Positions 9,187 to 18,759 of a stretch of 64,000 nt of DNA are shown here, piece by piece (position 1 is the stretch's first letter; each line of letters begins with the position of its first letter). The DNA is from Bacteroidales bacterium (lineage in GTDB: Bacteria > Bacteroidota > Bacteroidia > Bacteroidales > UBA932). Where the stretch lies: assembly GCA_017476575.1 (NCBI GenBank), contig JAFUZO010000038.1:2551-66550 (forward strand), read 5' to 3'. Under the pieces are notes generated by a model that was given only the letters and a program-made list of their open reading frames with translations, was not told where the DNA came from and did not search any database. Made by a program: the position numbers and the translations under genes.

Positions 9187-10065
9187 ATGCGCAGCGTCGC
9201 TTTCATGACCGCCTTCCTGTGTATCGGCCTGGGTGCCGGTGCACAGGAAGGGGCGTTCACGGCCGTCATCGACCCGTCGTGCCCCCTGGCCGCCGAAGGC
9301 CTCAAGACCGGCTGGGCCCCCGACGACGCCGTGAGCGTGTCGCCCCTGTCCGGGGACCGGGAAGCCCCCGGCCTCGAAGCCCGTACCGAAGAAGGCGGGA
9401 CGGCCGCCCGGTTCGAAGGAGACCTGCCCCTGGCCGCCAAGGCCGTCTGTGCCGTGTACCCCGCCGGCGCCGTCCTGTCGTGGAACCCTTCCGGCAAGGA
9501 GACCGGCACGCTGCAGTTCCAGACCGTCATCAAGCCCCGCCAGCGCGTCGTCCGCCTGGCCGTGAAAGACGGCATCGCCCGCTATGCCGACCCCGAAGTG
9601 CTGTGGCTCGCGGCCCGGCCCTCCCGGAAAGCCCCCGCCCGGTTCCGCCAGGTCGGCACCTACCTCCGGTTCACGGTCCCCGCAGGGGCATCCTACCGGC
9701 TCCGGAAAGTCGTCATCAAGGGAACCCGCTCCACCGCCGCGGACGAGCCCGCCCCCACCATCGCCGGCAAGGTGAACTACAATCTCCGGGATGCGGAGGT
9801 CCGCGAAGGCTTCAAGGGGTCGTCCCGCCAGGTCGACGTGTCCGACGCCTTCGGACAGACCCTCCAGCCGGGCACGTATTATGTGGCCATCCGCCCGCGG
9901 TACAGCGACGACGATGCCAAGAACTACCCCGGCTTCAGCCTGCTCCTGACCGACGCAGACGGCCGGACCTGCCCCTGGGTCCCGGTCCAGAAGGCCTGGC
10001 CCGTCCTGGAACCAGGCGCCCTCTACGACCTCGGCACCCTGCCGGGAGAACTTGACTTTGAATAA
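9187..10065 (+). CDS. Fimbrillin-like secreted protein (paralog without a lipobox)
   Basis: SPI-type signal (LGAGA-Q), WAPDDAVSVSP, YLRFTVP, GTYYVA and terminal GALYDLGTLP. Confidence 0.6.
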   Translation: MRSVAFMTAFLCIGLGAGAQEGAFTAVIDPSCPLAAEGLKTGWAPDDAVSVSPLSGDREAPGLEARTEEGGTAARFEGDLPLAAKAVCAVYPAGAVLSWNPSGKETGTLQFQTVIKPRQRVVRLAVKDGIARYADPEVLWLAARPSRKAPARFRQVGTYLRFTVPAGASYRLRKVVIKGTRSTAADEPAPTIAGKVNYNLRDAEVREGFKGSSRQVDVSDAFGQTLQPGTYYVAIRPRYSDDDAKNYPGFSLLLTDADGRTCPWVPVQKAWPVLEPGALYDLGTLPGELDFE

Positions 10066-10075
10066 AATTCGTGAG

Positions 10076-13000
10076 ATGAACAAACATTGGATGCGTTATT
10101 TCGTAGTCGTCCTGGCCGCCCTCCTGCTGGCCCAGGCCGTGTCCGCGCAGCAGGTGACCGGCGTGGTCACCGACGACACCGGCGCCGCCGTGGCCGGAGC
10201 GGTCATCCGCTACAAGGGGCTGGACAAGCCCTACACGACGAGCGACGCCCAAGGCCGTTTCGCCATCGAGGCCCGGCCGGGCAAGACCCTCGTCATCAGT
10301 TGTTACGGCCTGTTGGACTATGAGGTCGCCCCGGGCAAGGGCGCGGTCCTGGACATCCGCATGACCCCGGACGCCGAGGAAATCCGCGACGCCGTGGTCA
10401 TCGGATACGGCACCCAGTCCCGCAAGGAACTCACCGGTTCCATCGCCTCCGTGAAGCCCGACGAAATCAAGCGGACAGCCTCGTCCAACCTGTTCGGCGC
10501 CCTCGAAGGCCGTGTGGCCGGCCTGAGCATCGGTTCGCAGTCCGGCGAGCCGGGGTCCGGCTACCAGATCCGCGTGCGGGGCAGCAACTCCGTCAACGCC
10601 TCCAACTCCCCGCTCATCGTCGTGGACGGCATCCAGATGGACATCGACGCCGAGAGCAGCACGGGATCGGAGTTCGACAACACCGGCACCGACCCGCTCG
10701 CCTTCCTCAACCCCAACGACATCGCCTCCATCGAAGTGCTCAAGGATGCGTCCGCCGTGGCCATCTACGGGGCCCGCGGCTCCAACGGCGTCATCCTCAT
10801 CACCACCAAGAGCGGCCTGTCCGCCGGCGGCAAGACCATCGTCACCCTCGACGCCTCCCTGAACCTGGCCTCGGTCCAGAAGCGCATCGACATGCTCGAC
10901 GGGCAGGAATGGGTCGACTACCGCTTCTGGCGGCGCGACTACGGCGGTTTCGAGGACTATGGCCGGGACACCGACGGCGACGGGGTGAACGACGCCCCGA
11001 TCGACGTGACCGGCGAGACCTGGCATAACTGGTAGGACGAAATCTACCGCACGGCGCCCACCCGGAGTTACAACCTCACGGTCCGCGGCAACATCGGCAA
11101 AGGGACCAAGGTCCTGGCCGGCGGCGGCTACACCGACCAGCAGGGCCTCATCATCGGCAACTCTTACAAACGGTATTCCGCCCGGGTCAAGGTGGACCAT
11201 CCGGTAAACGCCCGGCTCCAGGTCGGGGCCATGGCCCATTATTCCCGCAATGTCGGTGACGGGGCGATGACCTCCACGGGCGGCGGCTCCGGCTTCACCA
11301 CCGACGGCATCGTGCAGCTCGCCTACCGGGAACGCCCGATCCCGCGCATCACCGAACACGACGAGTCGTTCTACACCCTGGGCTACACGACCCTCAAGGA
11401 GTTCATCACGAAGGAGACCACGCGGAACACCCTCGCCCAGCGCGTGACGGGCAACGTCTACGCCGACTGGAAGATCGTCCCCGACCTGACCTTCCGGGCG
11501 CAGGCCAGCGGAACGGTGAGCGACGCCAACCTCAAGGAGTTCTTCACCAGCAAGAGCCGCTGGGGTTTCCAGAAGCAGGGAGTCCTCAACCTGCGGTACC
11601 AGAACACGGCCTCCTACGTGGCGACGGCCACCCTGCGGTACAAGCACAGCTGGAACCACCGCCACAACTTCGAAGCACTCGCGGGTGCCGAACTCAGCGA
11701 CTACATCTTCGACGCGGTCAAGATGTCCGCCTACAATTTCGACGACGAATCCTCAGGATTCTACAATATTGCCAAGGGCGGCGTGCAGAAGGCGCCGGAG
11801 CAGAACTATTACACCTACAGCAAGATGTCCGCGTTCGGGCGGGTCAACTACAACTACCGCTCGCGCTACTACCTGACCCTCAACTGCCGGGCCGACGCCT
11901 CGTCCCGGTTCAGCGAAGGGTCGCGGACCGGCTGGTTCCCCTCGCTCTCCGTCGGCTGGAAGCCCAGCAAGGAGCCTTTCCTCAAGCGGCAGAAATGGTT
12001 GGGGAACCTGATGCTGCGTGGCTCTGTGGGCGCCTCGGGGAACGACCGGATCACAATGTATTCCAACCTGGCCCAGATGGATGTCAACTACTATTCCCAG
12101 GGAGGCCAGGAGATCCTGGGTGTGAGTTCGGTCAGTTCGGGCAATCCGCATCTCAAATGGGAGACCACCTGGCAATATGATCTCGGCCTCGACTTCGAGG
12201 CATGGAAGGGGCGGGTGAGCCTGACGGCGGACGTCTACTACAAAGACACCCGCAACATGCTCTACCAGTCGACCCTGTCATCCCAGAGCGGATTTGCCCG
12301 GATGTGGGACAATATCGGCCGGGTGGAGAACAAGGGTATCGAGATCTCTCTCTCCACGAAGAACATCGTCCACGGAGATTTCGTCTGGGCGACCGACATC
12401 ACGTTCGACCTCAACCGGAACAAGGTGCGGGACATCGGCGAGAACCTTCCGTTCCGCGAGGTGGGCATCGCTGGCCGGATGACTGACAACATCACCCGGC
12501 TCATCGTGGGAGAGCCCATCGGCGTGATGTACGGCTATGTCGCCGACGGCGTGTACCAGTTCGACGACTTCGTCATCATGAAGGGCGACCGGGAAGTGAC
12601 CGACTATGGTGAGATCACCTCGCTCAACTATAACGACTACAGCTACACCCTCAAGGACGACGTGGTGCACATCGCCAACGTGACCACCAAGCCCGGCGAC
12701 CGCAAGTACAAGGACCTGGATGGCGACAACTCCGTCACCTCCGAGGACCGGACCGTCATCGGGCGGCCGTACCCCCTGTTCTCGGCGGGACTGGCCAATT
12801 CCTTCTCCTTCAAAGGCTTCGAACTGTACGTATTCCTGCAAGGGTCCTTCGGCAACGACATCTTCAACGAATTCAGGGCCATCACCGAGCCGGGCGCCAA
12901 CCTCGGGGTGTACCGCACGAACGTGACCCGGGAGTCCTTCTACGGAGCCTGGTCCCCCGAGAACCAGAGCAACAGCTTCGCCCGTCTGGTCAACCCGACC

Positions 13001-13273
13001 AACGGCTGGTTCTCCAGTTATTATGTCGAGGATGCCGGTTACCTGCGTCTCAAGACGCTCGCCCTGTCGTGGGTCGTCCCCGCCAGCCTGTGCAGCAAGG
13101 CGCACCTGGGCGGGCTGAAACTCACGGCCACCGTCGACAACCTGTACACGTTCACCCGGTATTCGGGCGTGGATCCCGCCGTCACCTCCGACCGGGCACT
13201 GTTCCCGTCGTGGGACCGGATGACCTATCCCCGCGCCAGGACCGTCACCCTCGGTTTCACCGCTAATTTCTGA
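10076..13273 (+). pseudogene. susC: SusC/RagA TonB-dependent transporter with a single in-frame TAG at 11033-11035
   Basis: ORFs 10052..11035 and 11192..13273 share a frame. The junction reads W-H-N-W-*-D-E-I-Y-R-T-A, where SusC proteins typically have W-Q-D-x-I-x-R-T-A. The plug motif (LKDASAVAIYGARGSNGVILITTK) and NPHLKWETT are intact. Confidence 0.9.
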
Positions 13274-13279
13274 TCGGCT

Positions 13280-15010
13280 ATGAGGAAAAACATCCTGCTG
13301 GCAGCCCTGCTCCTGCCGTTCGGCTTCCTTTCCTGCGAGAAGGCCTCCTTCCTCGACAGGAAGCCCTATTCGACCACCAGTCCCGAGAACTTTTACACCC
13401 GGGAATCCCAGTTCAAGCTGGCGCTCACCGGCTGCTATGAGGTCATCAATACAAAAAAACTGGACTTGTCGGGCAACAACTATTCCTACGGCACCTATTC
13501 GCAGGGGCTGCAATGGATCATGGGCTGCCCTTCCGACGAGATCGTCACCGCCAAGACCGGGACGGTACCCTATTATATGGGCCAGGCCAACTTCCTTGAG
13601 TCCGACGCCGGGCTCAAACAGTTCTGGACCGCCTTCTACCACGGCATCTACCGTTGCAACGAACTGCTCGACAACATCGGACGGCTGGAGACCGAGGAGC
13701 AGAAGGTGCAATACGCGGCAGAGGCGCGTTTCCTCAGGGCCTTCTACTACTATCATCTGGCCTGGGTGTACGGAGCCGTTCCTGTCGTGGACTATCCTTC
13801 GCTGGGCAAGGAACCCCGGATGCCGTTGGAACGGGTCTATGCCTGTATCCTCGACGACTTGCAGTACGCCTACGACAACCTGTCCGAGAAGGGCGTACTG
13901 ACCACTTCTTCCGCCAACCGGTACACCGCCGCAGCCTACATCGCCCGGATCTGCAATTATCTTGCGGCCTGCAAGCGCAACGACGTCGGCCGGGCCTTCC
14001 TCGGCGAACAGCCGCTCAACGATTTTTCATGGGTGGATGCCGACGCGATGAACCGCCGGGCCCTTGAGGCCTGCAAGGATGTGATCGAGAACAGTCCCTA
14101 TATCCTCATCGACAACTATTCGAACCTGTTCCGCGAAACGACCAAGGCCGACCAGTATAAAGAGTGCCTGTTCCTTTCCGATATCGCCATCAACCCGGGC
14201 TCCGGCGACTGGCCTGCGTCTTCCCGCCTGGCAGCCCCCTCCGGCTCGAGCTATACTCCCGAGGTGTACGGCGGCGCCTGTATGGCAGTGCCCAAGATAT
14301 TCCTTATGTACGACAAGGAAGACCCGCGGCGCGACCATAATTTCACCTCCGCCATGTCCGTGAACAGCGGCAAGACCATGACTTACGAAACGATAGACGG
14401 CTACGACTATCCCATCCCCTTCTATCGCAGCACCTCGTCAGCCTACAAGGAATGGTACAACAGCGATACGCAGACGTACAATCCCTACTACAGCGGTCCG
14501 TGTGCCGGGAAATACCGTCTGGTCAAGAAGGGCGCGATGGCGCATGCCAACAGCCAGCACTGCATCTCGTATCCGCTGATGCGGCTGGCCGATGTCTACC
14601 TGATGGCGGCGGAAGCGGAATACTTTGTCAGCGGGGATGCGGCCGAGGCGAGGAAGTACCTCCGTCCCGTGGTCCTGCGAGCCGCCCAAGGGGACGAAGA
14701 CCTCTGCGACAGGCTGATGACGACATATGGGAGGACCGATTTCGTCGAAGAGATCCTGGAGTCCCGTGAGCGTGAGCTTTGCTTCGAGATGTCCCGCAAA
14801 TACGACCTGATCCGGTTCGGCCGCATCGACGACGCGCTCCTGAACCTTCCTCTCGGAACTGACATCCTCCCGGGGCGGGAGTTCACGGCCAACGCCAAGA
14901 ACGGCATCACCGCAGTCCGTGAAAACTGGGAGCCACACAAGATCTGGGCCCCGATCAGCGCGGAGCAGCTGGGGGTGAACAGCAATTTGACGCAGAACGC
15001 AAGATGGTGA
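13280..15010 (+). CDS. susD: RagB/SusD family lipoprotein
   Basis: Lipobox FLSC, AEARFLRAFYY, MRLADVYLMAAEA and RERELCFEMSRKYDLIRFG. Confidence 0.95.
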   Translation: MRKNILLAALLLPFGFLSCEKASFLDRKPYSTTSPENFYTRESQFKLALTGCYEVINTKKLDLSGNNYSYGTYSQGLQWIMGCPSDEIVTAKTGTVPYYMGQANFLESDAGLKQFWTAFYHGIYRCNELLDNIGRLETEEQKVQYAAEARFLRAFYYYHLAWVYGAVPVVDYPSLGKEPRMPLERVYACILDDLQYAYDNLSEKGVLTTSSANRYTAAAYIARICNYLAACKRNDVGRAFLGEQPLNDFSWVDADAMNRRALEACKDVIENSPYILIDNYSNLFRETTKADQYKECLFLSDIAINPGSGDWPASSRLAAPSGSSYTPEVYGGACMAVPKIFLMYDKEDPRRDHNFTSAMSVNSGKTMTYETIDGYDYPIPFYRSTSSAYKEWYNSDTQTYNPYYSGPCAGKYRLVKKGAMAHANSQHCISYPLMRLADVYLMAAEAEYFVSGDAAEARKYLRPVVLRAAQGDEDLCDRLMTTYGRTDFVEEILESRERELCFEMSRKYDLIRFGRIDDALLNLPLGTDILPGREFTANAKNGITAVRENWEPHKIWAPISAEQLGVNSNLTQNARW

Positions 15011-16242
15011 AGATGTTCCTGGCAGGGCTGTTGTCCCTGGCGACCCTCCTGCCTGCCTTTGCAGACGGAGCGAACTACGACGAGTCCAAGGTACCCGCCT
15101 ACACCCTGCCTGATCCCCTGGTGTTCGACAACGGGAAGCCGGTCCGCAAAGCCCGGCAATGGAAGAAACGCAGGGCGGAACTGCTGGAGACCTTCCGGGC
15201 GGAGATGTTCGGCCGGGAGCCGGCGGCCCCCCGGTTGCGGTATGAGCTGTTGAAGGTAGTGCCGGACGCCCTCGGCGGCCTCGCCACAATGAAGGAAGTG
15301 AAGGTCCTGCTCGAACCGTCCGGGGAACATTACATGGTCCTGCTCCTGTTCGTACCCCATGCGGGGAAAAGCCCTGCCCCGGCCTTCCTGGGCCTGAACG
15401 TCTGCAACAACCACGGCACGACGTCCTTGGAGGAGGTATCCCTGCCGGACAGCCTGCAGGTCCTGCATTATGGCCCCTACTACAAGCGGATGGAGCGGGG
15501 AGAACAGACCCGGCGCTGGCCCTACGAGTATATCCTTTCGCAGGGATATGCCTGCTGCACGGTCTTCATGGACGATATCGAGCCTGACGAGCGGGACAGT
15601 TACGATTTCGGTATCCGCACGGTGTACGACCAGGGCAAGCCCCGGGCGGATTCCTGGGGTGCGGTCTCCGCCTGGGCATGGGGGCTGTCGCGGGCCCTCG
15701 ACTATCTGGCGGCGGATCCGGACGTGGATGCGGCCCGGGTGGCGGTGCACGGACATTCCCGGCTCGGCAAGACGGCCCTGTGGGCCGGAGCGGTCGACGA
15801 GCGCTTCGCCCTTGTGATCGCGAATGATTCGGGATGCAGCGGGGCGGCCCTTTCCCGCCGGGCCTTCGGCGAGACGCTCAGCCGCCTCAACCGGGTCTTC
15901 CCGTACTGGTTCTGCGACAATTATAAGCGCTATTCCGACAACGAGGCATCCCTTCCCTTCGACCAGCACGAACTCATCGCCCTCATCGCCCCCCGTCCCG
16001 TCTACGTGGCCAGCGCCAGCGAGGACCTGTGGGCCGATCCCTACGGCGAATACCTCTCCCTGGTCCACGCCACCCCTGTCTACCGGCTCCTGGGCTATGA
16101 CGGTTTCTCCTCCCTGGAAATGCCGGAGATCGAAGTTCCCAAAGTGCAGGGCCGGATGGGCCACCATATCCGCAACGGGAAACACGACATGCAGCTGTAC
16201 GACTGGCAGCAGTATGTCGCCTTCGCCAACCGGTTCTTGTAA
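15004..16242 (+). CDS. CE15-type glucuronoyl esterase / acetylxylan esterase-like alpha/beta hydrolase
   Basis: NYDESKVPAYTLPDPL, nucleophile motif GHSRLGK, NDSGCSGAALSRR..GE, PFDQHELIALIAPRP and a signal peptide. Confidence 0.85.
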   Translation: MVKMFLAGLLSLATLLPAFADGANYDESKVPAYTLPDPLVFDNGKPVRKARQWKKRRAELLETFRAEMFGREPAAPRLRYELLKVVPDALGGLATMKEVKVLLEPSGEHYMVLLLFVPHAGKSPAPAFLGLNVCNNHGTTSLEEVSLPDSLQVLHYGPYYKRMERGEQTRRWPYEYILSQGYACCTVFMDDIEPDERDSYDFGIRTVYDQGKPRADSWGAVSAWAWGLSRALDYLAADPDVDAARVAVHGHSRLGKTALWAGAVDERFALVIANDSGCSGAALSRRAFGETLSRLNRVFPYWFCDNYKRYSDNEASLPFDQHELIALIAPRPVYVASASEDLWADPYGEYLSLVHATPVYRLLGYDGFSSLEMPEIEVPKVQGRMGHHIRNGKHDMQLYDWQQYVAFANRFL

Positions 16243-16347
16243 GAGTCGTATAAGGCCGACTCAAAGACATTCACCCCAGAGCGCGCCTGTTTCGCCACAT
16301 TTTTCCGGTATTCGCCCCCGTTCCATGGCAGGTCCGGGACAAAAGTC

Positions 16348-16355
16348 TACTTTTG
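16348..16355 (+). promoter_or_regulatory. -7 element for buk
   Basis: TACTTTTG, 37 nt upstream of the ATG. Confidence 0.5.
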
Positions 16356-16392
16356 TTATTGAACGGACTGATAACAAATCAAGAGTGGACGT

Positions 16393-17529
16393 ATGAAAGG
16401 ACGTGTACTTGCCATCAACACGGGGTCGACTTCGACCAAGATCGGATATTACAAAGACGGGAAAACCCTTTTCACCCAATCGCTGGAGCATTCGGCCGAG
16501 GAAACCGGACGCTTCAGCCATGTCATGGACCAGGACCATCTGCGGCGCGATGCCATCATGGATTTCCTGGAGCAGGAGGGGATCGGACTTGATGCCATCG
16601 ACATCGTCATGGCGCGGGGCGGGCTGTTCTCCCCGGTCATCACAGGCGTCTACCGGGTGAACCGGGATATGCGGGACGTGCTGCTGACCTGCCGGGACGG
16701 CATCCATGCCTGCAACCTGAGTGCCGTCATCGCCGACGATATCGCCGACATGGTCAACGAGTACCGGCATGAGCATGGCATCGAGGCCACGGCCTGCCGG
16801 GCCTACATCGCCGACCCGCCCATGGCCGACGAGATGCTGCCGGAATGCCGCATCGGAGGCCTTCCCGAGTTTCCGCGCCGGGCCTTCCTCCATGCGTTGA
16901 ACTCCCGGGCCACGGTCCGCAAATATCTCCGCGACCACGGTCATACCACCAATGACGTCACGGCCATCGTCGCCCATATGGGCGGCGGCATCACGGTCAC
17001 CCTCCACCGCAACGGACAGGTCATCGACACGAACAACGGCCTTGGCGGCGACGGACCTTTCACGCCCGAACGCGCCGGCTCCTGCCCGGCTTTTCCGCTG
17101 ATCGAGATGTGCTTCCGGAGTGGCCTGGACGAGGCCCAAGTCAAAAAGAAGGTTCTCGGGCAGGGTGGTGCCGTGGCATTTTTCGGAACCAACGACCTCC
17201 GGGAACTGGAACAGCGTGCCGCGGCCGGGGACGAAGCCTGCAGCACCTGGCTCAAGGCCTTCAGCCTCAACGTCGCCAAATACGTCGCATCGCTGGCCGC
17301 GACAGTGGACGGACAGGTCGATATCATCCTCCTCACCGGCGGTATCGCCCATGACAGCCGGATTGTCGGGGACATCCGACGCCGTACTGCCTTCATCGCC
17401 CCCGTCGAGGTCTATGCCGGCGAGAACGAACTGGACTCCCTCGCCGAAAACGGCTACCACATCCTCGAAGGCACGGTCCGCATCCACCGCTACGACAAGA
17501 ACGCCCTCGTCCCCGACGAGAGCGAATAG
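16393..17529 (+). CDS. buk: Butyrate kinase (acetokinase family)
   Basis: LAINTGSTSTKIG, ARGGL, HACNL, HALN.RA, AHMGGGITV, GPFTPERAG and ENELDSLA. Confidence 0.93.
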   Translation: MKGRVLAINTGSTSTKIGYYKDGKTLFTQSLEHSAEETGRFSHVMDQDHLRRDAIMDFLEQEGIGLDAIDIVMARGGLFSPVITGVYRVNRDMRDVLLTCRDGIHACNLSAVIADDIADMVNEYRHEHGIEATACRAYIADPPMADEMLPECRIGGLPEFPRRAFLHALNSRATVRKYLRDHGHTTNDVTAIVAHMGGGITVTLHRNGQVIDTNNGLGGDGPFTPERAGSCPAFPLIEMCFRSGLDEAQVKKKVLGQGGAVAFFGTNDLRELEQRAAAGDEACSTWLKAFSLNVAKYVASLAATVDGQVDIILLTGGIAHDSRIVGDIRRRTAFIAPVEVYAGENELDSLAENGYHILEGTVRIHRYDKNALVPDESE

Positions 17530-17557
17530 CGCCCTTCTCCTGCATCCCCATCCCGCC

Positions 17558-17602
17558 CCGGTGTGCATTCCGGACCTGCCTTGCACACCGGATGCAATTT
17601 TT
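17558..17602 (+). terminator. Probable intrinsic terminator of buk
   Basis: 10-bp stem CCGGTGTGCA/TGCACACCGG followed shortly by TTTTT. Confidence 0.5.
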
Positions 17603-17752
17603 ATCAAAAAATTTTACCGAACCACCCTGTCGGGGCAAAGTATTGTCGTCCAAGACGATAACAACGAGCCGTTTGACGAGGGATCAAACGTTTAAGAACA
17701 GCGTAAACGTTTGATTTTGAAGTTCCGTTCCCATCCCGTATCTTCGGCATGG

Positions 17753-17798
17753 AAAAAGAGGCTGTATTCTAAGACTTTTCCAAGGAATACAGCCTCTT
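17753..17798 (-). terminator. Intrinsic terminator of the ackA-ptb operon
   Basis: Perfect 14-bp stem AAGAGGCTGTATTC/GAATACAGCCTCTT with a T-run on the minus strand. Confidence 0.7.
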
Positions 17799-17848
17799 GA
17801 AGGAAAACACCGGGCCGGAGAGGACCGGAGCATCGAAACGGCATGGAA

Positions 17849-18757
17849 TTATTTCACGGACATGGCAGCCGAGGCAATGGAATTGAGTTTCACATCGACG
17901 GAATCGGCGCGGGAGGCCAGGACGCAAGGAACCTTGGTACCCACCAGGAAGCCGGCCTGGCGGACGCCCTTGCAGAGTTTAGAGTTCGTCTTCCAGAAGA
18001 CGTTGCCGGACTCGATATTCGGGAACAAGAGGCAGTCGGCGTCCCCGCCAACGGGGCTGACCAGCTTCTTGATGCGGACCGACTCCTCATCGATGGCGAC
18101 ATCCAGGGCCAGCGGACCGTCCCCGATGCACCCCCCGATCTGGCCACGGTCGCACATCTTGGCCAGCTGGGCGGCCTCGATACAGGCCGGCATGGAATCC
18201 AGCATCTGCTCGGAGGCGGCGACGAAGGCAATCTTCGGCTTTTCGATACCGAACGAACGGGCGGTGGAAACCAGATAGTTTGCCAGTTTGACCTTCTGAC
18301 GGAAGTCCGGAAGCGGAATCACAGCCATGTCGGAGAGGAAGATAAGCTTGTGGTAGTTCGGATTCTCGATCACACCCACATGCGAAAGGACGCCCTTCGG
18401 AGGCAGCAGGCCGGTCTCCTTGTTAAGGATGGCGCGGAGGAACTTGTCCGTCGAGCAAAGGCCCTTCATGAGGATGTCCCCGTCACCATCGTGGACCAGG
18501 TGGACTGCCGTCGCAACGGCCTTAAGTTCATCCTTGATGTCCAGGATCTCGAACTTCTTGATATCGATGTCCCTCTCCTCGCACACCTTGGAAATCAAGT
18601 CGGCATCGCCCACGAGGGTCACTTTCACGAATCCCTGGTCGGAGGCGAGCGACGCCGCCTCGATGGTATGCTCGTCGACAGCCCAGGCTGCCACCATCTT
18701 CTTGCAGATGTTCTTCGCCTTGAGCTCGGCGAAGAGATCGTTGAATGTCTTTATCAT
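17849..18757 (-). CDS. ptb: Phosphate butyryl/acetyltransferase (Ptb-type)
   Basis: About 300 aa with DILMKG, LSHVGV, SDMAVIPLPD, GDGPLALDVAI, LLFPNIESGN and PCVLASRAD. Confidence 0.88.
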   Translation of the reverse strand: MIKTFNDLFAELKAKNICKKMVAAWAVDEHTIEAASLASDQGFVKVTLVGDADLISKVCEERDIDIKKFEILDIKDELKAVATAVHLVHDGDGDILMKGLCSTDKFLRAILNKETGLLPPKGVLSHVGVIENPNYHKLIFLSDMAVIPLPDFRQKVKLANYLVSTARSFGIEKPKIAFVAASEQMLDSMPACIEAAQLAKMCDRGQIGGCIGDGPLALDVAIDEESVRIKKLVSPVGGDADCLLFPNIESGNVFWKTNSKLCKGVRQAGFLVGTKVPCVLASRADSVDVKLNSIASAAMSVK

Positions 18758-18759
18758 GA

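Noticed and set aside
11033-11035. Genome-wide amber recoding or pyrrolysine readthrough as the explanation of the susC stop
   Set aside because: TAG terminates buk, def, rhaT, the AspT gene and the M49-like gene at their expected ends, and no pyl genes are visible.
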